DNA of 64,000 nt from Camelus ferus (lineage: Eukaryota), in assembly GCF_009834535.1 (NCBI RefSeq), contig NC_045697.1, positions 108,192,001-108,256,000 on the forward strand, given 5' to 3'. Below the pieces are notes generated by a model that did not search any database, was not told the DNA's origin, and worked only from the letters and a program-made list of their open reading frames with translations. The translations under genes and the position numbers were made by a program. This document shows positions 52,324 to 64,000 of this stretch, in pieces; within the stretch, counting starts at the first letter, position 1; the number at the start of each line of letters is the position of its first letter.

Positions 52324-52489
52324 CTGACTTCACGGTCGTCAGACTCACTCTCCTTCAGCTTCCCACCTGCTTCCTACCAACACCTCCACATGCACACCCG
52401 CCTTCCCCTTCAGTCTCAGAGGTGGCTCCCTCTTTCCGAGCCCTTTATTCTCCCCCTTGATGCCTGCGGACAGACTTTGATAGTTATCC

Positions 52490-52958
52490 TGTTACCAAAG
52501 CCAAGTTCGTGTGCCCGCCGCACCATGAGGCCAAATTGAAACATGAATTCGGAGTAGAGAAAGGTTTACTGCAGTGCTGAGCAAGGAGGACGGGGTGGCT
52601 CATGCCCAAGGAAACCTGAACTCCCCTAAGGGTTTCAGCAAAGCATGTTTAAAGGCCAGGTGAGGGAGGCAGGTCGCAGGTACGTGATCAGCTCGTGCAC
52701 AATCCTCTGGATTGGTTGATGTGGAGGGAACAGGGTGGTCAACACTATCAACTCCTGGACACCAGAAGATCTGGGGGCCACGAGATCTCTATCATCAAGT
52801 AGTTCATTTCTTCCCTTTGGTGGTGGTTTTAAACATCTGAAAAGCTCAGGAAATGTACATGAGATACTGTTATCTGGGTACTTCAGAGAGGAGCTGCAGC
52901 AGAGGCTAGGAGGAGGGGTCTGACCCTGGAAGGCTCCACAGGGTCCTGCTGGGTTACA
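52490..52958 (-). mobile_element. ERV1-class solo LTR
   Basis: tgttacc...gagtagagaaaggtttactgcag...ctggattggttgat...gggttaca with TG/CA ends. Confidence 0.75.
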
Positions 52959-53032
52959 ATCCCCTCTTTCATTTTTGTAAAAATCTCTTCCATCCCCTTT
53001 TAAGCCTTTAAATACACAGACTGTAAATAAAA

Positions 53033-53240
53033 CGAGGCAGACCTGATTTTATTGCACTTCACTTTGTTGCACTTTGCAGATAATTGTTGGGTTTTTTGTT
53101 TTATTTCATTTTGTTAACAAATTGAAGCTCTATGGTAACCCTGCATCGAGCGAGTCTATCGGTGCCATTTTTCCAACAGAATTTGCTCTGTGTCTCATTT
53201 TTTTGGCAACTCTCACAATATTTCCAATGTTCTCATGATT
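53033..53240 (+). mobile_element. Tigger1 5' fragment (TcMar)
   Basis: ttttattgcacttcacttt...acaaattgaag...aaccctgcatcgagcgagtctatcggtgccatttttccaacag. Confidence 0.85.
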
Positions 53241-53299
53241 GGTACTCAAGTCTCATGCCCCACGTCTTCCTCTGGTCACTTCTCAGCATCCCTTCTCCC

Positions 53300-54510
53300 G
53301 CGCTCTTCCAGACGTCCTGTTGTGCAGACATGTCCGTTCCCTCTCACTCTCTGGACTCCGCTGCTGTCACCCAGGTGAACAACGGCTTCCCTGATAACGA
53401 ACTGAGCAGACTACACGCAGTCTTTTCCTCACTAGAACTTTCTGAGTCATTTGAGGGTATGGATTACACTTCTTTGAAGCTTCCTGATCCTTTACATCCA
53501 TACGCCCCTTTCTCTGGTTTCCACGGTCCCTCTGAAAGGGGCTCCTCTTCGTCCACGTGTCCCAGGCATGCGGTGGTCCCTTGGGATCCCATTCTGACTC
53601 ACTGCTCATCTTGCTCTGCCACGCACACAACTCACACTTCCTGGTGACGCTCACCCTCTCTCAGGGGATGTGCGGGTAACTCCCAAACCCCTTTCTCTAA
53701 CCGCAATCTTTGCCCCTAGATTCTCCCACAGTCGCCATATAGCCAGCATTTCCAGAACCGCAATCAGGGACACTTTCCCTGTTAAACCACCTCTTGCCCA
53801 CCTTACTGAAGGCACCACCCCCTGCAGAGGTGGGGCTGCCGCTGCCAAGTTATTGTCTCCATCATGTTCTCCCAAGCATCTCTCACACTTACCTTTCTCC
53901 TCTCACTGTCTCTACCGTGACTCTCTCTCCTGATCCAATACAACAGCTTCGTGAATGTTTGTCCTGTTTGCAGCCCTGAACAACACCCATCCTGCTGCCA
54001 GAGTGACCCCTTTGAAAGGCAAAACTGGACTTGTCAATTCCCTGCTTGAAACCCTCCCGTCCTCTCTCGTCTGGACTCTCAGCAGGTGGTACAGGCCCTC
54101 CTGACCGGAGCTGTGGCCCTTCCCTGCAGCCTTGCACTCTCTCTCCTGAGGCACCAAGGCTCAGGTGCAGTCTCTTCTTTGTCCCTCCTGCCCTGTCTTC
54201 CTCCCCCTCCGCCCACTCATCTCTTCACTCGGCTAACTTACCCATCCTTTAAGACCAATCAAGTTGCCCTCCTCTTGTCATTTGTCCTCCACAACCACCT
54301 TGTGTGTGCTTTCATTTCACCCCAAGCCTGCCCCCATTACTACTAGGGGTTGAATTCTGTCCCCCAAATTGACCACTGAGGTCTCAACTCCCGGTACCTC
54401 AGAATGTGATCTTATTTGGATCATTACAGATGTAATTAGTTATGATGAAGTCATTGTAATTCAATATAATGAGGGTATCCTTATAAAAAGAGGAAATTGG
54501 GACAACACAC

Positions 54511-54548
<38 letters not shown>

Positions 54549-54990
54549 ATGCTATATGAATATTCAGGCAGGGTTGGGGTGATGCTTCTACAAGCCAAAG
54601 ACTGCCACAGATGGCCAGCATACTGCCAGAAACTAAGGGAGAGGCCTGGAGCAGATTCTCTCCCACAGCCTCAGAAGGAACCAGCCCTGCCGACACCTGG
54701 ATCTCACACTTCCAGCCTCCAGAACTGGGAGACATTACATTTCTGTTGTTTGAGCCACCCAATTTGTGGTACTTTGCTACAGCAAGTTCTGACAGCCCCT
54801 AGGAAACAAACAAACAAACCAACACCATCTCACTCTTGGATTGCATAGTTACTGCCTGCCTGTGTCCCCCACTTCCCCCTGTGAGCTTCTTAAGGGCAGA
54901 TATGTGTCTTATTCATTCTGGTGTCTCCAGACTCCAAAACAGTGTCTTACAACATCAAAAGGCTCAAGTGTTTTATGAACGAACGAAAGA
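53300..54990 (+). mobile_element. L2, interrupted by an MLT1 LTR
   Basis: Pyrimidine-rich degraded L2 body; 3' end ctgtgagcttcttaagggcaga...gaacgaacgaa. Confidence 0.65.
54340..54812 (+). mobile_element. MLT1B/C-like MaLR solo LTR with internal (CA)n
   Basis: ggttgaattctgtcccccaaatt, acagcctcagaaggaaccagccctgccgacacc, ttccagcctccagaactg. Confidence 0.85.
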
Positions 54991-56339
54991 AAGCACAACA
55001 TTACAAAACAAAGTGCACACTCAGAAGCTAAACTGGTACACTGCATCTCAGCTCCCTAGGTTTCTGTTTTCCCATGGCTCATTGTTGAATCTGTCCCTGT
55101 CTGCCTTTTCCTTTGGGTGGGTGTGCCGGTGGTCCTCTAGATGGCCTTCAAAGGAGCATTCTGCCCTTTTCTGCCTGTTTCCTCCTCTGGCTACAGGTCC
55201 TGCCATGCGGCCCCCTCTTAGGTTCCAGCTCTCACTAGGTTCTGGCCACCGTGCTTTGCCCTCTGGTCCTTTAGGGCCCATGGATGCTTAGGACATCCTA
55301 CTGTGACTAGTCCCAGGACTTCATTCCTTGGTGTCCCCTTTCATTCTGCCCACTCCTCTGGAAATAGTTTGTCCATTTGACTCTGATGAGCCATCTGTTT
55401 CCTGCTGGGACCCACAGGTGGGTAGGAACTGAGATGACAAACACGGTGCAAAAATAATTGCCTGCTTTTTTTAAAAAAAAATAGTCTTTTAAATCCAACT
55501 GCTCAATTCCCTTCCAGTTCTGTTTTCAATGCACCACATACCTAGCATTTTTACATAAAGCCTGCTCTTTGAACTTATCTGTGTATTTGACTAAATATAG
55601 AAAATGTTTAGTTTAGTTTGACATTTTATTCAATACTTGCAATTTTCCAGGCACAGTGATGGGCATTGGGGACTTGAAAGAGGAAAAGACCCTGTTTCTG
55701 CTTGAGAAGACCCAGAGTTTAGTAGGAGAGAAAGACATGTCATCCATAGAGCCCGGGGTGGTGGGAGCACTGAGATGGACACTGTGTCAGGCCTGGGGCT
55801 CATGTCTCATCTGCACTGACACTGAAATGTGGATTTTCCCCTCCCCATCTAGACATCCTAGAGCCATACTGGTCCTTTGATTCCAGCTGTTTTTCATAGA
55901 ATCATCTTCAGATTTTTTTCATCAGACGAATGCTTCCTGACAGCCAAATACACACAAAATGATTATTTAACATGTTTTGGGTCAAACTTCCATCTTCTAC
56001 TTTCTTTTTTCCTAACATTATAAGTCCCTTGTGTTGGCGATGGCTTTGAATGATCACCTGGACCAGCAATTCTCCATTCTGGATGATCACAAGAGTAGTC
56101 TTTTCAAAGCAGGCCCCTGAACCTTATAGTCATCTACTGAATCAAAACCTCTGGGGAGGAGAGGGGAAAGGAAGAAAGGGAGACCTGGGAGATCAGAATG
56201 TTTCTTTTTGAAGCCCTTGTAAGTATTCTGAGGTTCAGTCTGCTTGGGAACCATTGTCCTGGATTAACTCTTATTTACAGCAACTGTAATTTAGACCGAG
56301 CTTTTTCCAAATGCTCCTCAGCCATCTGAGTGTGTTCTA

Positions 56340-57985
56340 TTGGCATGAGGATAGACCTGTAGATCAATGGGATATAATTGAAAGTCCAGAAATAAACCTT
56401 GACATTTGTGGTCAATTGATTTTCTTCAAGGGCATCAAGAACAGTCAGTGGTGGAAAGAATAGCCCTTTCAACAAATGGTGCTGGTACAAGTGGATATCT
56501 ACATGTACAATAATGAGGTTGGACCCTTACCTTGTGTCATACACAAAAGGTAACTCAAAATGGATAAATGACCTAATACAAGATCTAGAACTATAGAACT
56601 CATAGAAGAAAACATAGGCATAAATTTTCATAATCTTGGATTAGACAGTAGTTTCTTAGATATGACACCGAATGCTCAAGAAATTTTTAAAAACAGATAA
56701 ATTCAACTTCATCAAAATTAAAAGTTCTTGTGCATCCAAAGGCCATCAAGAGAATGAAAAGCTAGTTCACAGAATGGGAGAAAATATTTGCAAAAAGTGT
56801 ATCTGATAAGGGATTAATAGCCACAATATATAAAGAATGACAACTCAACAACAACAACAACAGAAATATGCAAACATTACCTAGTCTGCACTAGTCAGGT
56901 AATTTGCCTGAGAGACTCCTGCCATCCCCCAAAAGAAGGTGACTTTGCCTGAAACAATTCATTCTGTGCTAGAGTAACTTCCTTGCCCCACCTCCTTCTG
57001 ACAATGTCTTCCAGTTTGTATGGTTCTTCAGAGCTTCTTTCTATCTGCTAAGATGGGATGGTGCCTGACTCATGAACCTTTAAGTAAAGTCAATTAGATC
57101 GTTAAATTAAAAATAAAATCTGAATAACCCAGTTTTAGAAAGACTTTGAATTGACTTTTCTCCAAAGAAGATACACACATGGTCAATAAGCACAGGAAAA
57201 GATGCTCAACTAGTCACTAGGGAAACGCAAATCAACACCACAAAGAGCTACCACTTCACATCCACTAGGCTAGCTATCAAAAAAAAAAAAAAAAAAAAAA
57301 AAAGATGGACATTAACAAGTGTTGCTGAGAATATGAAAAAATTGGAACCCTCAAACACTTCTGGTGGGAATATAAAGCGGCTCAGCCACGGTGGAAAACA
57401 ATTTTGTCCGTTCCTCATGATCTAGAAATTCTGCTTTCTTGGGTTTATGCCTGAGAGAATTTGAAACATATGTCCATACAAAAACTTGCACGCAAATATT
57501 TGTATCAGTATTAGTCATATTAGCCAAAAAGTGGAAACAACCCAAATGACCATCAACTGATGAACAGATAAATAAAATGTGGTATGTATTCGTACAATGA
57601 CATATAATTCAGCCATAAAAAGGAACAGAATACTGATACCTGCTACAATATGGAAGAACCACAAAAACATTATGTGAAATGAAAAAAGCCAGTCACAAAA
57701 GACTACATATTGTATGATTCTTTTAATAGGAAATGGTCAGAATAAGCAAATTTTGTGGTGACCACAAAGTAGTTTAGTGATTGCCAACGGCTGAGGGGAG
57801 GGGTGCATAGGGGGTGACTGTTGATGAGTATGGATTTCTTTTGGAGTGATAAAAATGTTCTGGAATTAGGTAACGGTGATGATTGTACACCTTTGTGAAA
57901 ATACTTTTTAAAAAACACACTGAATTGTACAATTTAAAACAGTGAATTTTATGATATGTGGATTATTTCTCAGTTTTAAAAAATT
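56340..57985 (+). mobile_element. Old L1 (L1MB/L1MC-like) ORF2 3' part plus 3'UTR
   Basis: ttcaacaaatggtgctgg, ttctccaaagaagata, aaagtggaaacaacccaaatg, aaaatgttctggaattag; interrupted at ~56865-57110. Confidence 0.9.
56865..57112 (+). mobile_element. LTR fragment inserted in the old L1
   Basis: Non-L1 block with ttcttcagagcttctttctatctgctaagatgggatg and a polyA-signal-like end. Confidence 0.5.
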
Positions 57986-58194
57986 AATTAATTTCTAAGA
58001 CTGCCTGGGTATCTGGAGCCCAGGAATCTGCATTTGGAACAAGTCCTGAAGACAATTCTTAGGTTCACTGAGATTTGAAAGCCAGAGTATCTCACTTGTA
58101 TCACTTTATCCACTGAAAGTCTGAAGAATTTTAAACCTGTCCAAAACCAAAACAAACAAAAGGCAGAAAACAGACAACCCAGGGCACAGAAAGT

Positions 58195-58790
58195 GATCAT
58201 TCACTGAATGATCTAAATATTTAGCTGCTGCCTGCTGTGTAGCAAGTAGCATGCTGGGCTCAGTGAGCTAGTCACAAAGCCCGCCTTATAGGAGTTTAGA
58301 GCTCGGGAGGGACACAAACATGCAAACAACTAGTGACAGTGCAAAGAGACAATTGTGACATCTGCTTTAACAGGGGGTTTGTTCAGAGTAGGGCAAGGGC
58401 AGCAGGAGCCCCAGGGCTGGCTTGGAGGAGCCAGAGGATGAGGTCGTGTTTGAGTTGTGGCTCAAGATCTGTGTACCTAGTAAGGTGGAAGAGAGTATGA
58501 AAGAGGGACAGGAGGGCCTTCCAGGCAGAGGAACAGCATGTGTAAAGGCACAGAGGTTTGGGAGAGCTTGGCATGTTAGCGCATCTATAACAGGTTGGAA
58601 CAAAATGCCCTAGGGAGAGGAGGCAAGGGAAAAAGCAGAGAGTTGGCTTGCTGTGCAGTGAGGAGCTACTGGAGAATTTAAAAAACTAGGATACCAGTCC
58701 TGGTTTGGGAAGGGCCATCTGACAGGAGGATGGGAGACTGAGGCAGAGGGAACAGAAGAACCTAGAGACTGAAGGGGAAAAGATGTTGTC
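58195..58790 (-). mobile_element. L2
   Basis: cattcactga...aaatattta; ccaggcagaggaacagcatgtgtaaaggcacagagg. Confidence 0.7.
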
Positions 58791-58849
58791 TGAAATGCTG
58801 AAAGTTCAAACGAGGGCAGGAGAAGGGAGAGGAGGAGCAAGACTGCGTT

Positions 58850-58965
58850 TAAACTCGTTTAGGAAGAGGCACCTGTCGTCCCTGGGGATTGACCGAATAT
58901 AGCGTAGGATGGTCAGCAGCCTCCCTGGCCTCCACCCACTAGACGCTAGTAGTACGTTTCCAGTT
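58850..58965. mobile_element. MER20 fragment
   Basis: gtaggatggtcagcagcctccctggcctccacccactagacgctagtag. Confidence 0.7.
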
Positions 58966-59309
58966 GGGAAAAACAAAGAAACAAACAAAACCTCCAGAAG
59001 TTGCCTGTGATCTTTCATGCAAGGTGCTTTTGAGTGAGTGGATGAGAGAGGGAGCTTAATGATCGGGTCGTATGACCATCTTTGTGCGTGTCTGCTAATT
59101 AAGTGCCTGTGGATGAGGCAGAATCTGGTCTGCGTTGTGCTCTGACTGTGAGGTTGCTGGGGTGCAGAACCATAGCCTTATCTTCTAACGGCTGGGAGAT
59201 ACCACCAGCTACCAGATAGATGTTCATTATGAGCAACCAACCTGACCCAGGCTGGTTGGCACCAGAGCTGTTTCGTTGTCTTCTGGCTGGACAGGAGATG
59301 CCCGCCCCT

Positions 59310-59697
59310 ATTTTAAATTAACCAAACAAGGAAGCCATGGCACTGAGGGGGCTTTAATGCCGTAGCATCCTAAGCCAACCGAAACCTAAGTCCGAAATGC
59401 CTCAAGGTTAAGAAATCAAAACCTCAGGACAACCAATCACAAACACCCAACTAGACTTTCCCAGATAAGGCAACTATAGGCTACAGCCAATCAAGTCATT
59501 TCCTTGCTTTCCTTCCACCTCTTCTCTATAAAAATCTTCTAAAAAACTAACTAAATAAAAAGTCTTCCCCTCCTTGTCCGCAGCTCCTTTCGGTGGAGGG
59601 TTTCTAGCCACTTCCGGTTTGGTGTTTCCCGATTGGAATCAATTTTTGCTCAAATAAACTCAAACATTTTAATACGCTTCAGTTTATCTTTTAACAT
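59310..59697 (+). mobile_element. ERV1-class solo LTR
   Basis: Two CCAAT boxes, ctataaaa TATA box, aataaa, ends tttatcttttaaca. Confidence 0.8.
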
Positions 59698-60711
59698 CTG
59701 AAACAGAGGATCCCTGGGAGAAGGCTCATGGCCAGGAGCAAGAGGGAAGACTGTTGCACCCGTTCCTGGAGCCCTCATCTTCTTTCCCTCCCTCCCTCTT
59801 TCTCTCTCTGGCCTGTTCCTGAAAAATTATCTGTTAATTGAACAGCTTAACATCGAATCCTTCTCCCCTTTAACTTACAGAAGCCCCGTGATTCAGTGCT
59901 AAAGCCTCCAATTGGCTGCATTTTAGCTTTTGGCCTCTTTATAAAATGAGGAATGATCTGTAAATAAACACTTACAGAGACTGGTTAAAGCACCCGCTCT
60001 TTAGAGGCCCCCTGTGGTGAATCCTTTTTGTAAATGGTGGAACTGTCAGGTTTATCTTCTCTGTAAATACGGATTTTCCCATTTTGGATGCCGTGTTGGT
60101 GAAACCTGCACCACTGACGTGAATCCACAACGTGCTGCCGCCTCCTCTGTCTCCTTTTCACCTGATCGCTCCATCCAGTCATTCAACACGCCTTTATTGA
60201 GCGTGTGCCACAGAGATGAGTAAGGCAGCCCCTGTCGTCAGTGATGTAGCATCTGGGAGGGGAAATGGACAAGAGAATGACACAACATAGTCTGATGGGA
60301 GAAGAACCCCTTGCTGAGCCCCAGGAGACCAGGAAGTCATTTCCTGACAATCCTTGTGCTGTTCAGGGGAAGACAAAGGGCAAGTAGCCAAGTAGACGGA
60401 AGGCGAAGCACCCAGAAGGGCAAAGGACCCCAATGTTCGAAAGCAAGGAGGTGAGAGAGAGGCTTTTCAGAATGACTCCAGCCGAGTGCAGATGTGGAGC
60501 AATAAAGGGCTACAGCTGGAGGGATAAGCAGAGCCACGAAACCACACAGAGGACTTGGGATTTTATTCTTAAAGCGATGCAGGGCCATTGACAGGTGGAC
60601 ACACGAGAGGCCGTGGACAAACTGCACCGGTAAAAGATGACGTCAGTAGCTCCTGTGGAAAGTGGATCAAAGAGGGGTAAGAGCAGTGTCAGGGAGACCT
60701 GTCAAAGGGTG

Positions 60712-61052
60712 TTGTCTTTGTCCATTCAGGCTGCTGTCACAGAACACCATCAACGAGGGGGTTTACAAAGAACAAATGTTTATTTCTCACCCTTCTAGAA
60801 GCTGGGATGCTGGCAGACTTTGGTGTTGGATGAGGACCCATTACCTCACTGACATCTGTTTTCTCCATGTAACCTCACAGGGAGGAAGGGACCAGCTAGC
60901 TTTCTAGAGTCCCTTTTATCAGGGCACTAATCCCATTCATGAAGGTTCTCATGACCCAGTCACCTCCCAAAGGCCCCACTTCCTATGCCATCACACTGGG
61001 GGTGAGAATTTCAGCATGCACATTTGGGGAGGACACAAATTTTCAGATCACA
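60712..61052 (-). mobile_element. MLT1A-like MaLR LTR inserted in L2
   Basis: tgtctttgtccattcaggctgct...gggcactaatcccattcatga...cacctcccaaaggcccc. Confidence 0.85.
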
Positions 61053-61624
61053 GCAGATATCAAAGCCATCCAGGTGAGAAGCAAGACAGTTTCGAGCCAG
61101 AGATTTTTATCCTTGGACCTGGTGGTATCCGGGGAGGGGAGTCCAGGACTGAGGCTGGGGCAGCTCCAACCCTTACCTGGAGAGGATGCACAAAAAAGGA
61201 AAGTCCTTGCAGTGTTGGTGACACCTCCCTTAGATTTGAATCCCTGGGTGACAGAGATGACAGACGGGCGTCCTCACTGGGCTTTGGAGAATCTAGAAAC
61301 CCTTTTGTGAAAGTTGTGCTGTTTGTGTGCGTATTTTGCTGAGAAGAGGACCTACAGCTTTCATCAGATTCACAAGGGATCCATGACACCGAACCAAGGC
61401 TGCAGAGTGAGGGTGGAGAAATCAGACCGAATGGAAGAGAGATTTAGAAAGGTTCACTGGGAATTATGACAGATGGGATGCGGGTGGAGAGGAGAGGGAG
61501 GGGACGTGGCCCAAGGCCAGGCTTCTGGCTTGGACCATGATTAGGAAAATTGTCCATCTTTCACCTAGAATCCTGGTGAGAGCACAGTTTGGGGCTAGAG
61601 GGTAGGAGTCGGGGAGGAGATAAA

Positions 61625-62640
61625 TTATTCATTCATTCATTCATCAATTATGTATTTGACTTCTTACTCTGTCTCAAATAGTGTTCTAGGCTATGTGTTC
61701 TGAGGATTCAGCTAAATAAAGAAACTTGTATTCCAGTGATGGTAAACAGACAAACACATTCACGCAAGGTAGTGATAACTGGTGAGATAGAGAGGAAGGG
61801 GCTGCTATTTTGATAGGCTGGTTGGAGAAGCTTCAGTGAGCCTCTGATATTTCAGCAGAAACCTGAGTGAGGTGAGGGAGAGAAGTCTGTGGCTATCTGA
61901 TCTGGGGCAGTCGCATTTCAGGCAGAGGGAACAACCTGGACAAATGCCCTGTGATGAGTGTATCCTTGGCTTACTGGAGGACCAGCAAGGAAGCCAGCTT
62001 GGGTTGAGCAGAGTGAATCATGAGAAAAGACCAGATGGTGAGGCAGAGGATCAGGAAGCTAGAGGCTGGATCACTTAAGCCTCAGCCCTGGAGGACTATA
62101 GTAATAATTCTGGATTTTTTTCTAAGTGCAATGGGAAGTCACTGGTGAGTGCTAAGTAGGGAGAAGGACCCAAGTTAAGTAGGGGACACACTGAGTTTGG
62201 AAGGGTGTGTGAGACATCCAGGTGGAGGGAGGCAGCAGGCATTGGATATGAACCCACAAAGGGCTGAGGTTGGGATATACCTGGAGGATCCTCATCACAT
62301 AGATGGTGATGGAGAGCATGGGTGCAGACAGGTTTGCCTTGGAATGCTGTAGAAGGTGATGAGAAGGGGAGTTAACCAACAGTTAAGGAGTAGAGAGAAG
62401 GAATTTATGAAGAATATTAAAAAGGAGCAACAAGAGAGGAAAGAGGAAGAAGGGAATCATCAAAGTAATGGGTGAGAGATTCTGAAGGTCAACAGTCTCA
62501 GATGCCACAGAGAGTCACACAAAGTCCAAACAGTATGCTTTGCCCTTCTCAATCTATAAGATAGTGCAGAGGAATCAGAAGTGGGAAGATTACAGCAGAC
62601 TAAGGAATCAACCAGCAGTGGTGAGTCAGTGTGGACATCA
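61625..62640 (-). mobile_element. L2 fragments
   Basis: (TTCA)n start, caggcagagggaaca, ctaagtgcaatgggaagtcactgg, gtgagacatccaggtggag. Confidence 0.75.
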
Positions 62641-64000
62641 TCTCAAGTTGATAAGCCTGGTCCAGATACTTTAATCTCTACACTTTCTGGGCTGTACCCA
62701 TTGGGCTAGCGGGCAATTTGCAGGCTTGGTTAAAATCAGGACAGAACCAAAAATATCTCCTGCCAAGTGGTGGACTGATGACAGATCAGGAAGTTGTGGT
62801 CATGGGGTTTGTGTAGATTGAGGAGGAAACAAAACTGGGAAGATGCTGATAGAGTGGAGCCAATGGAAGAGTAAGGGTCCCAAGCTCCCAACAAGCATGA
62901 AGTGTAGGTGAAGTGGATATAACAGGATAAAACAGAGAAAAGCCAAGGGTGTGGTTTTAGGACAATCTGGGTAAAGTGGAGCAGAGGCAAAGTTCACTGG
63001 CTTCAAGGAGAGGAAAAATAATTCTATTAATGTAAGCTAGTGATGGGGAGGCTAGTAGATAACAACCACGACAACCTATGGAAGATAGTTTGCTTAAACA
63101 ATTTAGTGGGTCCCAAGCAGCATTTATTTGCTTTTTTTTTTTAATGGAATGAAATAGGACAAAACAGAATTATCTGAAAGCATCACTCTTAACTTTAAAA
63201 GAATGTTTAAAGAAAATTATTTTAAGTGTGTGTGCATCCGCACATACTGAATCAAAATTTAAAATACATTTCTTCTTGATGGTTGTGGTAAGTAAGAAAG
63301 AATTGAAGCTGAGATGATATGAACTCCAAAGCAGGGTTTTTACAAGCAGATGATGAGGTGTGGAAGATGAGACAGGAAATTTCAGCCTGAGCTGCGTTTG
63401 GCTTGAGCCACGTGAACCCCAGGAGAACGAGCAATGGACCAGTGGCAGACCCACAAGAGTAGTGGTATCTGGTTTAGACCTGCTGATAGAAGAAGCCATT
63501 CCTCTGAGGTTTGGAAGCACTGAGAGCTGAGCACTCCCAGAACAAGGCATGATCGTTACAAATGGTGTGATTTGGGGATGTAGGTTCGAGTCACAATATC
63601 CAGGAACCATAGCACTGCGACAATCAGTCAAGCGCCTTTGTTTTGAGAAAGGAGCAAGATCTGGCTTAAATTTTGCTCTGTCAAAACACAGCGGACCCCG
63701 CAGCTGCAGCTCTGTGGATGCCGCCTTGGCTTCTCAGAGGCTTGTGTAAGCAGAGAGGGTGAATGTCGATTTTTCCCTCTCAGTGTAAATTTCATCTGAC
63801 TTTCCTCTTTCAGAGTCCGTATTATCTTTTCTTCCCTTTTCTTAGCCTGTCTATTTTGTTACTGTGCTGTGTGAACTTTACCTGTGGCCTGAGAACTAAA
63901 TGCCTGGGTTTAGTTGCAAGAATAAAGACGTGGAAGAAACAGACCATAGGCTTCTCAAGCCGGTCTTCGTGTCCCTGGAGTTTGCACATGCCCTGTGTGG

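Noticed and set aside
51802..52539. 245-aa plus-strand ORF, the longest in the window
   Set aside because: Ser/Pro/Leu-rich product of pyrimidine-rich DNA with a non-ATG start, running into an LTR.
1..64000. Prokaryotic-type systems (CRISPR arrays, operons, defence islands) or an intact provirus
   Set aside because: The sequence is mammalian; there is no regularly spaced repeat array, no long ORFs and no recognisable gag/pol/env between LTRs.

Overview
Mammalian genomic DNA, most likely camelid (Camelus/Vicugna/Lama). The evidence is six copies of a tRNA-Ala(AGC)-derived SINE with an AATAAACCTAATTACC tail, plus young L1 3' ends. The window is gene-poor and repeat-rich (L1, L2, MIR, MaLR/ERVL/ERV1 LTRs, MER DNA transposons, Tigger1), and almost all ORFs in the supplied track are spurious. 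Two gene-like structures lie on the minus strand. (1) At ~50.5-51.6 kb, a disabled ~1.15 kb exon aligns by eye, motif after motif and in order, with the N2/M region of alpha-catenins (vinculin family). Weaker candidate exons at 52.2, 48.5 and 46.4 kb match the flanking N-terminal and actin-binding regions, suggesting a decayed divergent alpha-catenin-like gene with an unusual fused-exon structure. (2) At ~1.4-8.9 kb, a chain of phase-compatible GT-AG exons belongs to an unidentified gene, and some of these exons carry in-frame stops. Several repeat-free, homeodomain/POU-motif-rich blocks look like conserved enhancers. Protein comparisons use reference sequences recalled from memory and need confirmation by search. 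Repeat boundaries and subfamily names are approximate.
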